A stretch of 64,000 bases of DNA, taken from NCBI GenBank assembly GCA_964484465.1, contig CAZAFL010000003.1, positions 11,731 to 75,730 of the forward strand. Reading direction: 5' to 3'. Shown piece after piece: positions 19,946 to 28,717 of this stretch. The notes under the pieces are model-generated. The model searched no databases. It was not told the origin of the DNA and worked only from the letters and a program-made list of their open reading frames with translations. This stretch comes from an uncultured Chlorobiaceae bacterium (GTDB lineage Bacteria; Bacteroidota; Ignavibacteria; UBA10030; SZUA-254). Made by a program: the position numbers and the translations under genes. Numbering within the stretch: the stretch's first letter is position 1; each line of letters opens with the position of its first letter.

Positions 19946-20971
19946 TCAGGCGCGGCTGCGCGAGCTTATAATATTCAGTCGTTTGAGTTTATAACGGAGC
20001 GTCTGCTCAGTCATGCCGAGGAAAATTGCCGCCTTCGATTGATTGAATCCAAATTTCTGCAACGCACGCTCAATAATACCCTTCTCAATAACATCGAGCG
20101 ATTTGTCGAGCACAAAATCCTGACCGGTTACAATATTGTTGATCATTTTCACGACCTCAGTCTTCTCATCGACGAGTTCGGGCGGAAGCATGAAACGACC
20201 GCCGCTTGAGAATAAAACTGATTTGTCGACAACGGCTTTCAGTTCCCTGATATTTTCCCGCCAACTCTGACGGACCAGAACGTCGATCGCATTGATATCG
20301 ATAACGAGCTCACCAATACCGATCTCTTTGCACAATTCGCCGGCAAAGTGTTTTACAAGAAGCGGAATATCTTCCGGTCGTTCACGAAGAGCCGGAATTT
20401 CAACCTTCTCAAAGTCGGCCATCTTTGTATACAAATCTTCCAGTAATTTCCTCTTATCGACAAGGCTTTTGGGTTCTTCTTTCACCGTCACAATGAGGCG
20501 AATATCGACAGGTTCAGAACGTGTGCCACCGATACGACGGGAGGTCCGTTCGTTCATGAACGCAAGGATCTTCATTTGATTGCGGAAGCTCGCTTCCTCA
20601 ATTTCTTCGATCAATACTGTGCCGCCGTTGGCAAGTTCAAACAGCCCCCTCCTGGTGGTATACGGCAATCCTTCGGCACCGCGGTCAAAGCCGAAAAGAA
20701 TCGATTCCAATTCTTTATCGTCCAGGACAGAGAGATTGATTGACATGAAAGGGGGATTGCTTTCAGGCGTTCGACCCGATGAATAAATATTCTTTGCAAC
20801 GGCGCCTTTTCCAACACCTGCTTCACCGATGACCACGACATCGCGTCGCGTTTTCGAAAGCCTCTGAATCTGCTTCACAAGTTGATCAACTGCACGGCTC
20901 TTCCCGATAATCGGGTATTCCATAACGGTTTTTTGTTCCTCAGCAGTTTTGACTTTCCTATCTTTTTCCAT
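19946..20971 (-). CDS. AAA+ enhancer-binding-protein-like regulator (sigma54-activator fold) lacking GAFTGA, with C-terminal Fis-type HTH; no receiver or sensor domain
   Basis: Walker A GEAGVGKG. The region that aligns to GAFTGA..GGTLFLDEIGE reads GAEGLPYTTRRGLFELANGGTVLIEEIEE. C-terminal HTH is AAIFLGMTEQTLRYKLKRL. Confidence 0.7.
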   Translation of the reverse strand: MEKDRKVKTAEEQKTVMEYPIIGKSRAVDQLVKQIQRLSKTRRDVVVIGEAGVGKGAVAKNIYSSGRTPESNPPFMSINLSVLDDKELESILFGFDRGAEGLPYTTRRGLFELANGGTVLIEEIEEASFRNQMKILAFMNERTSRRIGGTRSEPVDIRLIVTVKEEPKSLVDKRKLLEDLYTKMADFEKVEIPALRERPEDIPLLVKHFAGELCKEIGIGELVIDINAIDVLVRQSWRENIRELKAVVDKSVLFSSGGRFMLPPELVDEKTEVVKMINNIVTGQDFVLDKSLDVIEKGIIERALQKFGFNQSKAAIFLGMTEQTLRYKLKRLNIISSRSRA

Positions 20972-20991
20972 GAATCTCCCTAAGAATGAAT

Positions 20992-22125
20992 TTATTTACT
21001 GGAAGGATTTTGAAACAATCTTCCGTTGAAAATCTTGAAATTGAAAAAATGTGCCAGCACAATATTGTCGACCCAGTCTCTCCATCTGCTCACCTGCTGA
21101 GGATGGGCTGCAAGCTCGGATTCGTAGAACTCTCCCTGGACCGATGTAATGAACCGCAACCGCAAGCCGAAAAATAACGCCATCATCAATTGAATTATGA
21201 CTGTGATATACTGACCGATTGTAAACAATTCCGTCCACGAATTGAGCTCGACGCTTTTGATGTATCCCCATTGATGCAATATATCAGTGGAGACAAATAA
21301 TAGGAACAGGAACATGATCTTGTCGATATACGCCCCCTGGGGGGGGTCTTTCTTGTACTGGTATCCGAAGAAAAGAAGAACAAACATGATAATCATGATG
21401 TTCATGTAAATCATGTTAAAATACATCGGCTTCCACAATAGCACTTTGTAGCTGTCGCCGTCCAGATAGGGAATCAGTTCATCGATCCGTCTGATGTTTT
21501 CTTCCGGATAAAGGTCGCCCACAGGAAACCCGTTGCGCCATGTCTGCAGCTTCACCCTGCTCGCCAATTCCGCTGCAGTCGGCATTTCACTGCCGGAGCT
21601 TGTTGCCACAGCAGTCGACAATGTTTTGAATTGCTTGATTTCCTCCGTGGAATATAAATACATCGGGTCGGAAAAGAAGGGATGAAAATAATAACCGAAG
21701 AACATCAAAACAATCGAACAACTGATAAGATACTTTTGGTATACTTTGAAATCGCGGAACAGCAGGTCGATGACAAGATAGAGCACTGCTATTGCAAAAA
21801 ATAAAATGTATGCAATGGAAAGGTATTGTGAGAACAAGTGTCCGGCATACTTATCTGCAGTAAAAAATGCGACGCCGACAAAATCATATCCGAATTGAAG
21901 TATCATGAAAAAGTAGAAGACGACAAAATTCAAAAAGATGAATTTGTGTTTTCGGTTAGGCTCTTTCAAGAAAATAAAAAATGAGATAAAGAACAGAAGC
22001 GATTGAATTGAACGGTTTAACAAGCTTGGCAATGGGGAAGCTCTATGCGGAAACAGCACCAACAGAAGGCCGTACACGGCAAGCAGACAAGCCCAGAACA
22101 ACAATATTTTCTTTGCTAGTTTCAT
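20992..22125 (-). CDS. Polytopic membrane protein of unknown function (about 8 TM segments with a central soluble loop)
   Basis: Hydrophobic segments throughout. It ends 21 nt before the EBP-like regulator gene, so the two are likely cotranscribed. Confidence 0.6.
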   Translation of the reverse strand: MKLAKKILLFWACLLAVYGLLLVLFPHRASPLPSLLNRSIQSLLFFISFFIFLKEPNRKHKFIFLNFVVFYFFMILQFGYDFVGVAFFTADKYAGHLFSQYLSIAYILFFAIAVLYLVIDLLFRDFKVYQKYLISCSIVLMFFGYYFHPFFSDPMYLYSTEEIKQFKTLSTAVATSSGSEMPTAAELASRVKLQTWRNGFPVGDLYPEENIRRIDELIPYLDGDSYKVLLWKPMYFNMIYMNIMIIMFVLLFFGYQYKKDPPQGAYIDKIMFLFLLFVSTDILHQWGYIKSVELNSWTELFTIGQYITVIIQLMMALFFGLRLRFITSVQGEFYESELAAHPQQVSRWRDWVDNIVLAHFFNFKIFNGRLFQNPSSK

Positions 22126-22259
22126 GACCTATAGGGAATTAACTTACCTTACCTCATTTTTACCCCTAAAGATAGATATTTAACATATTCTTGTCAAGGG
22201 AATTCGCAATTTTTTTTTAATACACGTAAAAAAGGTGATGGTGCGCACGACAGTATTTT

Positions 22260-22276
22260 CGTGAAAATTTTTCACG
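22260..22276. promoter_or_regulatory. Perfect 17-bp palindrome (candidate operator) in the divergent promoter region
   Basis: CGTGAAAA-T-TTTTCACG. Nearby are direct repeats TTT(A/T)CCCCTAAA(G/A)ATA at about 22160 and 22279, and ACACGTGT at about 22323. Confidence 0.5.
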
Positions 22277-22392
22277 TTTTTCCCCTAAAAATATTGACGG
22301 TTTTACGCTATTTATATATCTTACACGTGTACCTCTGCCAAAGAAAATTCTTTTTTACCAATCACAATAGTATTACGAAGGAGAAGTTACCT

Positions 22393-22671
22393 ATGTCAAA
22401 ATCTGCTATCCGCAAGCGCAATGTAAAGCGTTTTCGGTCGATCTTGATCACGATGGCGCTGGTAGTGGCAACGAATTTTGCCATTTCCTATGCGAACGCA
22501 GGATTTGGAAACAAAGCCGGACTTTCAATGATTCCGGATTCACCGAGACCGAAAGCCGGGCTCTCGATGATTCCCGATTCTCCACGGCCGAAAGCCGGAC
22601 TTTCAATGATTCCGGATTCACCGAGACCGAAAGCCGGGCTCTCGATGATTCCCGATTCTCCTCGTCCATAG
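22393..22671 (+). CDS. Small signal-anchored/secreted protein with four exact tandem 13-aa repeats (KAGLSMIPDSPRP)x4
   Basis: RBS GAAGGAG 6 nt upstream of the ATG. Basic N-terminus (MSKSAIRKRNVKRFRS) followed by a hydrophobic stretch ILITMALVVATNFAISYANA. Four 39-bp units (22513..22668) alternate A-B-A-B' with only synonymous differences. A dedicated terminator follows. Confidence 0.65.
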   Translation: MSKSAIRKRNVKRFRSILITMALVVATNFAISYANAGFGNKAGLSMIPDSPRPKAGLSMIPDSPRPKAGLSMIPDSPRPKAGLSMIPDSPRP

Positions 22672-22689
22672 TACAACAATTTCCCCATA

Positions 22690-22742
22690 GAAGGCTCTGA
22701 ACAAAGGCGCATTTGCGCCCCGCAGAGCCTTTCTGTTTTTTT
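22690..22742 (+). terminator. Compound intrinsic terminator after the repeat-peptide gene
   Basis: AAGGCTCTG...(inner hairpin GGCGCATTTGCGCC)...CAGAGCCTT followed by TCTGTTTTTTT. Confidence 0.6.
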
Positions 22743-22800
22743 GTGCTTCTTTACTTTTGCAATGGTTTTCTGTATCTTCTTCTAGATACTTTCAAAAATC

Positions 22801-23799
22801 GTGGAAGAAGTAAACCAAGACAACGTTGTTTCACCGGAGAAGCACAGGGCAATCTTCACCAGGCTTCCTCGGTTATCCCTTCACATTTTCCTTTTCATTT
22901 TAACATTCTTTACAACCACCCTTGCAGGTATCGGATGGCTCAATAAAGACCCTCTCGAACTGACAAATTTCTCGCTGGGATTACCATACTCACTCAGCCT
23001 GCTCGCCGTTCTTGCCGCACACGAATACGGTCATTATTTCGCTGCAAAATTTTATAGGATCTCAACAACATATCCTTATTTCATACCGTTTCCGTCGGTC
23101 CCTCCTCTGATCCTTAACCCTTTCGGAACAATGGGCGCCGTTATTCGCATCCGCACACCAATTACATCTAAAAAGGTCCTTTTTGATATCGGCATCGCGG
23201 GGCCACTTGCAGGCTTAGTCGTGACTTTGGGCTTACTCTTTTATGGATTTTTTACCATGCCCCCCAAAGAGTACCTCTTCTCCATTCATCCGGAATATGC
23301 CGGAATGGATTCAATCCCCAGCGCTGGACTTACCCTCGGAAGTTCTCTTTTCTTCTGGGCAATATCCAAATTCTTTGCACTCAGCACGTTTGTTCCACCT
23401 ATGAATGAAATTTACCATTATCCTTTCCTTTGTGTAGGCTGGTTCGGTCTTTTTATCACAGCCCTTAACCTGATTCCCGTCGGACAATTAGATGGAGGAC
23501 ATGTTCTCTATGCACTCATCGGCCGCAAACAGGGTATAATCGCCCGAGTATTTTTTGTCGGATTAATCCTCACCGGATTATTAAGTTTCATTCCCTTCTT
23601 CGGCGGAAATATTCAGACCGGGACACTCGGATGGCTGGTCTGGGCAGGCATACTGTTCTTCCTTATAAAACTTGACCATCCCGAAATTTTCGACGATTCA
23701 GCACTTGATAAAAGACGAAAAGTTTTGGGATGGGTCACGTTCGGCATTTTTATCGTAACATTCCCGCCGGTTCCTTTTTATCAAATATTAGGAAGTTAA
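22801..23799 (+). CDS. Site-2 protease family (M50) intramembrane metalloprotease, PDZ-less
   Basis: HExxH within a TM segment (AAHEYGHYFAA) and the LDG motif NLIPVGQLDGGHV (NxxPxxxLDG). Polytopic, 332 aa. Confidence 0.75.
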   Translation: MEEVNQDNVVSPEKHRAIFTRLPRLSLHIFLFILTFFTTTLAGIGWLNKDPLELTNFSLGLPYSLSLLAVLAAHEYGHYFAAKFYRISTTYPYFIPFPSVPPLILNPFGTMGAVIRIRTPITSKKVLFDIGIAGPLAGLVVTLGLLFYGFFTMPPKEYLFSIHPEYAGMDSIPSAGLTLGSSLFFWAISKFFALSTFVPPMNEIYHYPFLCVGWFGLFITALNLIPVGQLDGGHVLYALIGRKQGIIARVFFVGLILTGLLSFIPFFGGNIQTGTLGWLVWAGILFFLIKLDHPEIFDDSALDKRRKVLGWVTFGIFIVTFPPVPFYQILGS

Positions 23800-23951
23800 C
23801 GTCATACGAACAACTGAATCGGTATTCTTGACTTTTGGCTTCATATTTCTTAGCTTAATCATAAGAGATTTAAGAAATCAGTCATACCGGGCTCCATGGA
23901 AAAGAACTTACAGTGAATGGCAGCTCGGTTTTTTGTAATGTATCGTCACTC

Positions 23952-25130
23952 ATGCGGATCGCTTTTCATTCTATACCCTCAATTCTCGTAGTAAGCTTAT
24001 TTTTTTTCTCTTGTGAAAAGGAACGAAACGGGTCTCTGGATTCTTCTATAAATCCACCGTTTCTATCTGGCGCCAGCCTCATGACCTCAATAATTAATCT
24101 GGATGATACTGCAAACACATTCATAACACGACTCCCGGACGGGACATTCAGCATCTCTGATTCTATTACTGCAGTGGTTTCCGACCCCGATGGCATACAG
24201 GATATCTCAAGGGTATATTTCCAGATCTATCATCCTGGAAACGCAAACCCCGATGCCAAACAGTTGCTCATAAAAAGTGGCAACATAGCGGTTTCAGGAG
24301 GCGGGGAAGGTCTTATCTTTACCGGGAAGCTTTCCTTTAATATAGACCGATCCCAAACGGGAATTTACAGAGTGGAAGTATTTGCTGTCGACAAGAGTAA
24401 TTCGATCAGCAATACTCTTCTGCGGCCTGTTATCATTACTGTGAATAATCGACCGCCACATCTTGGAATTCCTTCGTACCGAGAATATTCCCCTCCCGGC
24501 TCAGATTCGGCTACATTTACGTTTTTCGTCGCAGCTACCGACTCTGACGGCATTGAAGATATTTCGTCAGTCACAGTCCAACCGTTGTTTGCATCCGATA
24601 CATCTGTTAAATCGATGTATGACGACGGATTACCAGAACATGCAGATAACGTGCCAGGTGACGGAATTTATTCAACGAGATTTTCCATTGACACGGCTTC
24701 TCTCAGCCTGATTGAATTTCGATTTTTAGGAAAGGACAAATCCGGCGCCCTCAGCAATATCGTCAGGCGAACATTGCATAATAGACCTCCCGCATTTCTT
24801 AATTTAGATGTTCCGGATTCCATCCAGCGACCCCTCTCGGGCGTCGTTGTAGTGCAATTCTCAGCGACCGTGACTGACCTCGACAGCTTAAGCGATATTG
24901 ATTCGGTTTATTTCCGGAATTTCAGCTCAATCAATCCCTTAAACATCTTTCAGATGTACGATGACGGGAATTTTGCACAGCACGGCGATTCCACGGCAAA
25001 CGACGGCATATATTCATTTCTCGCACAAGTAGACCCATCGACTTCTCTCGGTGTGAAAGAGTTTCATTTCTATGTGGTCGATAAAGCCGGCGCGCGGGAT
25101 GAGCGTATTAAATACATAACAATTTATTGA
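23952..25130 (+). CDS. Putative lipoprotein with three tandem ~100-aa Ig-like repeats
   Basis: Signal peptide ending in the lipobox-like FFFSC. Three repeats share D(P/S/L)DG(I/L)xDI(S/D)xV ... DGIYS motifs. Its stop overlaps the start of the next gene (TGAATG). Confidence 0.55.
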   Translation: MRIAFHSIPSILVVSLFFFSCEKERNGSLDSSINPPFLSGASLMTSIINLDDTANTFITRLPDGTFSISDSITAVVSDPDGIQDISRVYFQIYHPGNANPDAKQLLIKSGNIAVSGGGEGLIFTGKLSFNIDRSQTGIYRVEVFAVDKSNSISNTLLRPVIITVNNRPPHLGIPSYREYSPPGSDSATFTFFVAATDSDGIEDISSVTVQPLFASDTSVKSMYDDGLPEHADNVPGDGIYSTRFSIDTASLSLIEFRFLGKDKSGALSNIVRRTLHNRPPAFLNLDVPDSIQRPLSGVVVVQFSATVTDLDSLSDIDSVYFRNFSSINPLNIFQMYDDGNFAQHGDSTANDGIYSFLAQVDPSTSLGVKEFHFYVVDKAGARDERIKYITIY

Positions 25131-26801
25131 ATGCGCTCCGGAAAGTTTATATCGCTGGCAATTCTTATCCTCCTTTCCTTCGCGTACCAAAACCTCTCCT
25201 ATGCACAGGGAACTTTCGCGAAGGGCTACAAGCTCGAAGGAGTTTCCTCTTCACAATCGAGCAACCTCCCCATCAGTAACAGCGTTTCGCAGATAGTAGC
25301 TGCTGATTCCATTCTATGGGCAGGAACGGGGAAAGGCGTTATGAAAAGTGCAACGTTCGGAGCCAGTTGGGAAAACTTTTATTCAGAAAAAGCCTTTGCA
25401 AATGAAGGCATCTTTGCTCTCGCAGTCAACGGAGATACTATCTGGGCGTCAACGGGTTATGACAAAGATGTTGGCGGAGACCAGACGATTCAAACCGGGA
25501 GCGGATATGCTTTTTCAATTGATGGCGGCATTACTTGGAAACACGTCAACCAGCCGCTCGATACCTGTATTCAGCTTCCCTCCTCTGATGGAAGACGAAT
25601 TTGTAAGAAAGATATTCTCAAACCCTACGGCATTAACAGCGGTACAACAACAACTGCGGTTACAACAACTGTCGCAAACGTATCGTATGACATTGCACTG
25701 GGCCCCGGCACGGTGTGGGTCGCTAGCTGGTCAAGCGGTTTGCGAAAATCCACAAATAACGGATCTACCTGGGAAACCGTCCTCCTCCCCCTGGATAACC
25801 TGAACTCGCTAAGACCAACCGATACCCTCTGGTCTTTTCATCCGAGCGATACCTTGCGTGCGGATACACTCTTCCCATTTTTCGATGTTGTACTCAACGA
25901 TAACTTAAAGGCATTTGCCGTACATGTTTCCGATAACGGGCAGACGATATGGTGCGGGACAGCAGGAGGCGTAAATAAATCCACTGACGGCGGTGTCAGC
26001 TGGGAAAAATTTTACAACAACAATTCTCAGGCAACACGGATTCTCAGTAACTGGGTGTATAGAATAGGCGAGCAGCATTTTCAGGGAAAACAACGTATCT
26101 GGACAACGAACTGGAAGAAGGAACCTCCGAGTTATTACGACCTCCCACAGGAATACGGGGTTAGCTATACGGATGACGATGGCAGAACGTGGAAGAACCT
26201 CCTTCAAGGGATAAAACCGTTTAATTTCGCTTTCAAGGATTCCATTGCATACATCACGACTGAAAACGGGCTCTACCGCACGGCGGACGGAGGCTTAAGT
26301 TTCACTAACGTATCAAATATCGTCGACCCTGTATCACATCAAATCATCACAACAACACAATTTATTTCAGTCGGAGTCATCGGCGATACCGTTTTTGTTG
26401 GAACTGACGCAGGAATCGCCTCAACTGTTGATAACGGAACTATACCGTTCGGTTCTTCCTGGAAAATCTATCGGGCATACCAGGCAGTAGGGTCGTCGCC
26501 AACAACTTATGCATACCCCAATCCTTTTTCCCCCGATCTGGAGCTTGTAAGAATCCACTATGGATCAAAAGCCTCATCGGCTTCATCGACGCGGAATGTA
26601 AGCATTGAAATTTTTGATTTCGGAATGAACCACGTGCGAACTCTCGTGAATAATGCACAACGCTCTGCTTCCCTCGAATATGATGAATTGTGGGATGGAA
26701 GAAATGATGACGGGAGACAGGTCGCAAACGGGGTATATTTCTACAGAATTAAAGTAGACAGTGACGACCCGACGTATGGAAAAATTTTAGTGCTGCAATG
26801 A
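25131..26801 (+). CDS. Secreted BNR/sortilin-like repeat protein with T9SS type-A-like C-terminal domain
   Basis: Signal peptide MRSGKFISLAILILLSFAYQNLSYAQG. Motifs SIDGGITWK, STNNGSTWE, STDGGVSWE, TDDDGRTWK. C-terminus YAYPNPFSPD...WDGRNDDGRQVANGVYFYRIKV. Its stop overlaps the next start. Confidence 0.7.
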   Translation: MRSGKFISLAILILLSFAYQNLSYAQGTFAKGYKLEGVSSSQSSNLPISNSVSQIVAADSILWAGTGKGVMKSATFGASWENFYSEKAFANEGIFALAVNGDTIWASTGYDKDVGGDQTIQTGSGYAFSIDGGITWKHVNQPLDTCIQLPSSDGRRICKKDILKPYGINSGTTTTAVTTTVANVSYDIALGPGTVWVASWSSGLRKSTNNGSTWETVLLPLDNLNSLRPTDTLWSFHPSDTLRADTLFPFFDVVLNDNLKAFAVHVSDNGQTIWCGTAGGVNKSTDGGVSWEKFYNNNSQATRILSNWVYRIGEQHFQGKQRIWTTNWKKEPPSYYDLPQEYGVSYTDDDGRTWKNLLQGIKPFNFAFKDSIAYITTENGLYRTADGGLSFTNVSNIVDPVSHQIITTTQFISVGVIGDTVFVGTDAGIASTVDNGTIPFGSSWKIYRAYQAVGSSPTTYAYPNPFSPDLELVRIHYGSKASSASSTRNVSIEIFDFGMNHVRTLVNNAQRSASLEYDELWDGRNDDGRQVANGVYFYRIKVDSDDPTYGKILVLQ

Positions 26802-27754
26802 AGAAAAAGATGCTCTATGTTGTTTTAATGTTATTGCTGCCTTTCGGGCTTTTTGCTCAGATCGGAGGTACAGCCGGCGCATTTTCTCGCCTCGGTTTCG
26901 GGGCACGGGGAATGGGAATGGGAAATGCGTTAACTGCTGTCAGCACTGGCGATATCAGCACGTATTATAATCCTGCGCTGGCAGCGTTCAGCGATCAACG
27001 GACAATCGCCGCTTCGTTCGGCATTCTCTCCCTCGACCGCTATCTGAATTTCATCAGTTACACGCAATCGATACAATCTCAGGCGGGCATCTCCGCCGGA
27101 CTGATCAACTCGGGCGTGCGAAATATTGATGGACGTGATAACGACGGCGTCCACACCGATGATTATTCAACCTCGGAAAATCAGGTATATCTTGCGTTTG
27201 CGAACCGCGTCGACCCTCGTGTCTCCCTCGGCGTCTCGATCAAACTTCTTTACAGCAGACTCTTTGACCAGGTGACTTCGTCAACTGTCGGTTTCGATGT
27301 TGGCGGGTATTTCCAGTTGACCGATGAGCTATCCGCCGGACTCACTGTTCAGGATCTAAATTCAAAATACAAATGGAATACACAATCGGTGTATGGTTCA
27401 GAGAATGGAGGACAAAGGCAAACACAAAACGATTTTCCTACACTGGTCCGTGTCGGACTCGCTTATCGCCTGCCGCAAAACACCGGCGTTGTATCTGCAG
27501 AGTTCGAAAATTCTTCGGAACACACAAACAGCATACGCCTCGGTGCAGAATATAGTATGATGGAATACTTTAGCGTTCGGAGTGGCATTGACCGGTGGGA
27601 ATTTGGCGACAACACAACCGGAGTGAAACCGACGTTTGGATTTACTGCAAAAAAATCGTTTAATCAATGGACGCCGGCTGTTACCTATGCATTTATTGTT
27701 GAAGGGTTTAGCCCTCACGGCATACATATGATCACACTCTCAACTACATTTTAA
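26798..27754 (+). CDS. FadL/PorV/PorP-like outer-membrane beta-barrel protein (paralog 1)
   Basis: Signal peptide, then the FadL/OMPP1-type N-terminal motif LGFGARGMGMGNALTAV..DISTYYNPAALA. C-terminus ends in an aromatic residue (..STTF). Confidence 0.55.
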   Translation: MKKKMLYVVLMLLLPFGLFAQIGGTAGAFSRLGFGARGMGMGNALTAVSTGDISTYYNPALAAFSDQRTIAASFGILSLDRYLNFISYTQSIQSQAGISAGLINSGVRNIDGRDNDGVHTDDYSTSENQVYLAFANRVDPRVSLGVSIKLLYSRLFDQVTSSTVGFDVGGYFQLTDELSAGLTVQDLNSKYKWNTQSVYGSENGGQRQTQNDFPTLVRVGLAYRLPQNTGVVSAEFENSSEHTNSIRLGAEYSMMEYFSVRSGIDRWEFGDNTTGVKPTFGFTAKKSFNQWTPAVTYAFIVEGFSPHGIHMITLSTTF

Positions 27755-27756
27755 GT

Positions 27757-28662
27757 ATGAAAAAGCAGATTCTCGTATTCACTCTCTTGCTCATTACCTG
27801 CAGAACATTCTTATATTCCCAGGCTGGGAGTACGGGGTTATCTTTCCTGAAACTTGGCGTTGGTGCAAGGGCGCTCAGCATGGGCGAAGCATATACCGCA
27901 ATCGCATCGGACCCTTCGGCAACGCATTACAACCCGGCAGCATTATCGCTGATGAACAATTCTCAAATCTTATTGATGCATAAGGAATGGATTCAGGATA
28001 CAAAGACAGAATTCCTCGCAGCGACAACGTCATTCGACAAGTTTAATGCTGGTATTAGTATCAACGGCACGACAATCAGCGATATTGAGCTCCGCACAAC
28101 TCCCGGTCCTGCACAGGGAACGTTTACAGCACGCAACGCCGCTATCGGAATTTCCGCTTCTTATGCACTCGATACGGCGCTGAGCGTGGGCGCAACTATG
28201 AAATACCTTTATGAAAAAATTCTTGTCGATGAAGCCAACGGATTAGGGTTCGATATCGGGGCTATTTACAGGACACCATGGGACATCCGGCTGGGTGCGG
28301 CTGTCTGTAACCTGGGGTCAATGAACGAATTGCGGAATGAGTCGTCAAAACTTCCACAAATGGTAAGATTCGGTGCAGCGTATGAGTCCCGGATTGAAAG
28401 CTTCGATGGTACGTTTACCGGATCAATCGATGTGGTGACACTATCAGGCGAAAGCCTGACACACGTCCTTTTCGGTGGAGAATTAAATTACCACAATACG
28501 TTTGCATTGCGGGCAGGGTATCAGACGTCATACGAATCGAAAAATTTCACGGCTGGAATCGGTATACATTACGGGTTGATCGGACTAAATTACGCTTTTG
28601 TTCCTTTTAAATACGACTTCGGTACGACCCACACATTTTCCTTAGGGATTGAAATCCCATAA
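27757..28662 (+). CDS. FadL/PorV/PorP-like outer-membrane beta-barrel protein (paralog 2)
   Basis: Same N-terminal motif (LGVGARALSMGEAYTAIASDPSATHYNPAALS). Tandem paralog of the preceding gene, separated from it by 2 nt. Confidence 0.55.
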   Translation: MKKQILVFTLLLITCRTFLYSQAGSTGLSFLKLGVGARALSMGEAYTAIASDPSATHYNPAALSLMNNSQILLMHKEWIQDTKTEFLAATTSFDKFNAGISINGTTISDIELRTTPGPAQGTFTARNAAIGISASYALDTALSVGATMKYLYEKILVDEANGLGFDIGAIYRTPWDIRLGAAVCNLGSMNELRNESSKLPQMVRFGAAYESRIESFDGTFTGSIDVVTLSGESLTHVLFGGELNYHNTFALRAGYQTSYESKNFTAGIGIHYGLIGLNYAFVPFKYDFGTTHTFSLGIEIP

Positions 28663-28717
28663 ACTGTTCCCTATACAATGCTGGTCAATTGATATTGTGA
28701 ACTTTAGTGAGATACCT

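Noticed and set aside
22126-22392. Sigma54 (-24/-12) promoter for the repeat-peptide gene driven by the neighbouring EBP-like regulator
   Set aside because: The only GG-containing candidate (TGGTGCGCACG) has no correctly spaced TTGC. The regulator itself lacks GAFTGA.
22513-22668. Four tandem 39-bp direct repeats, which could be mistaken for a CRISPR-like or binding-site array
   Set aside because: They are contiguous with no spacers, lie in frame inside a CDS, and show a codon-level conservation pattern. This is not a CRISPR array.
22448-22712. Minus-strand ORFs (73 and 74 aa) that run through the tandem repeats and encode ESGIIESPAFG-type repeats
   Set aside because: All inter-unit nucleotide differences are synonymous only in the + frame and change residues (L/R) in the minus frames. 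The + frame also has an RBS, signal sequence and terminator.
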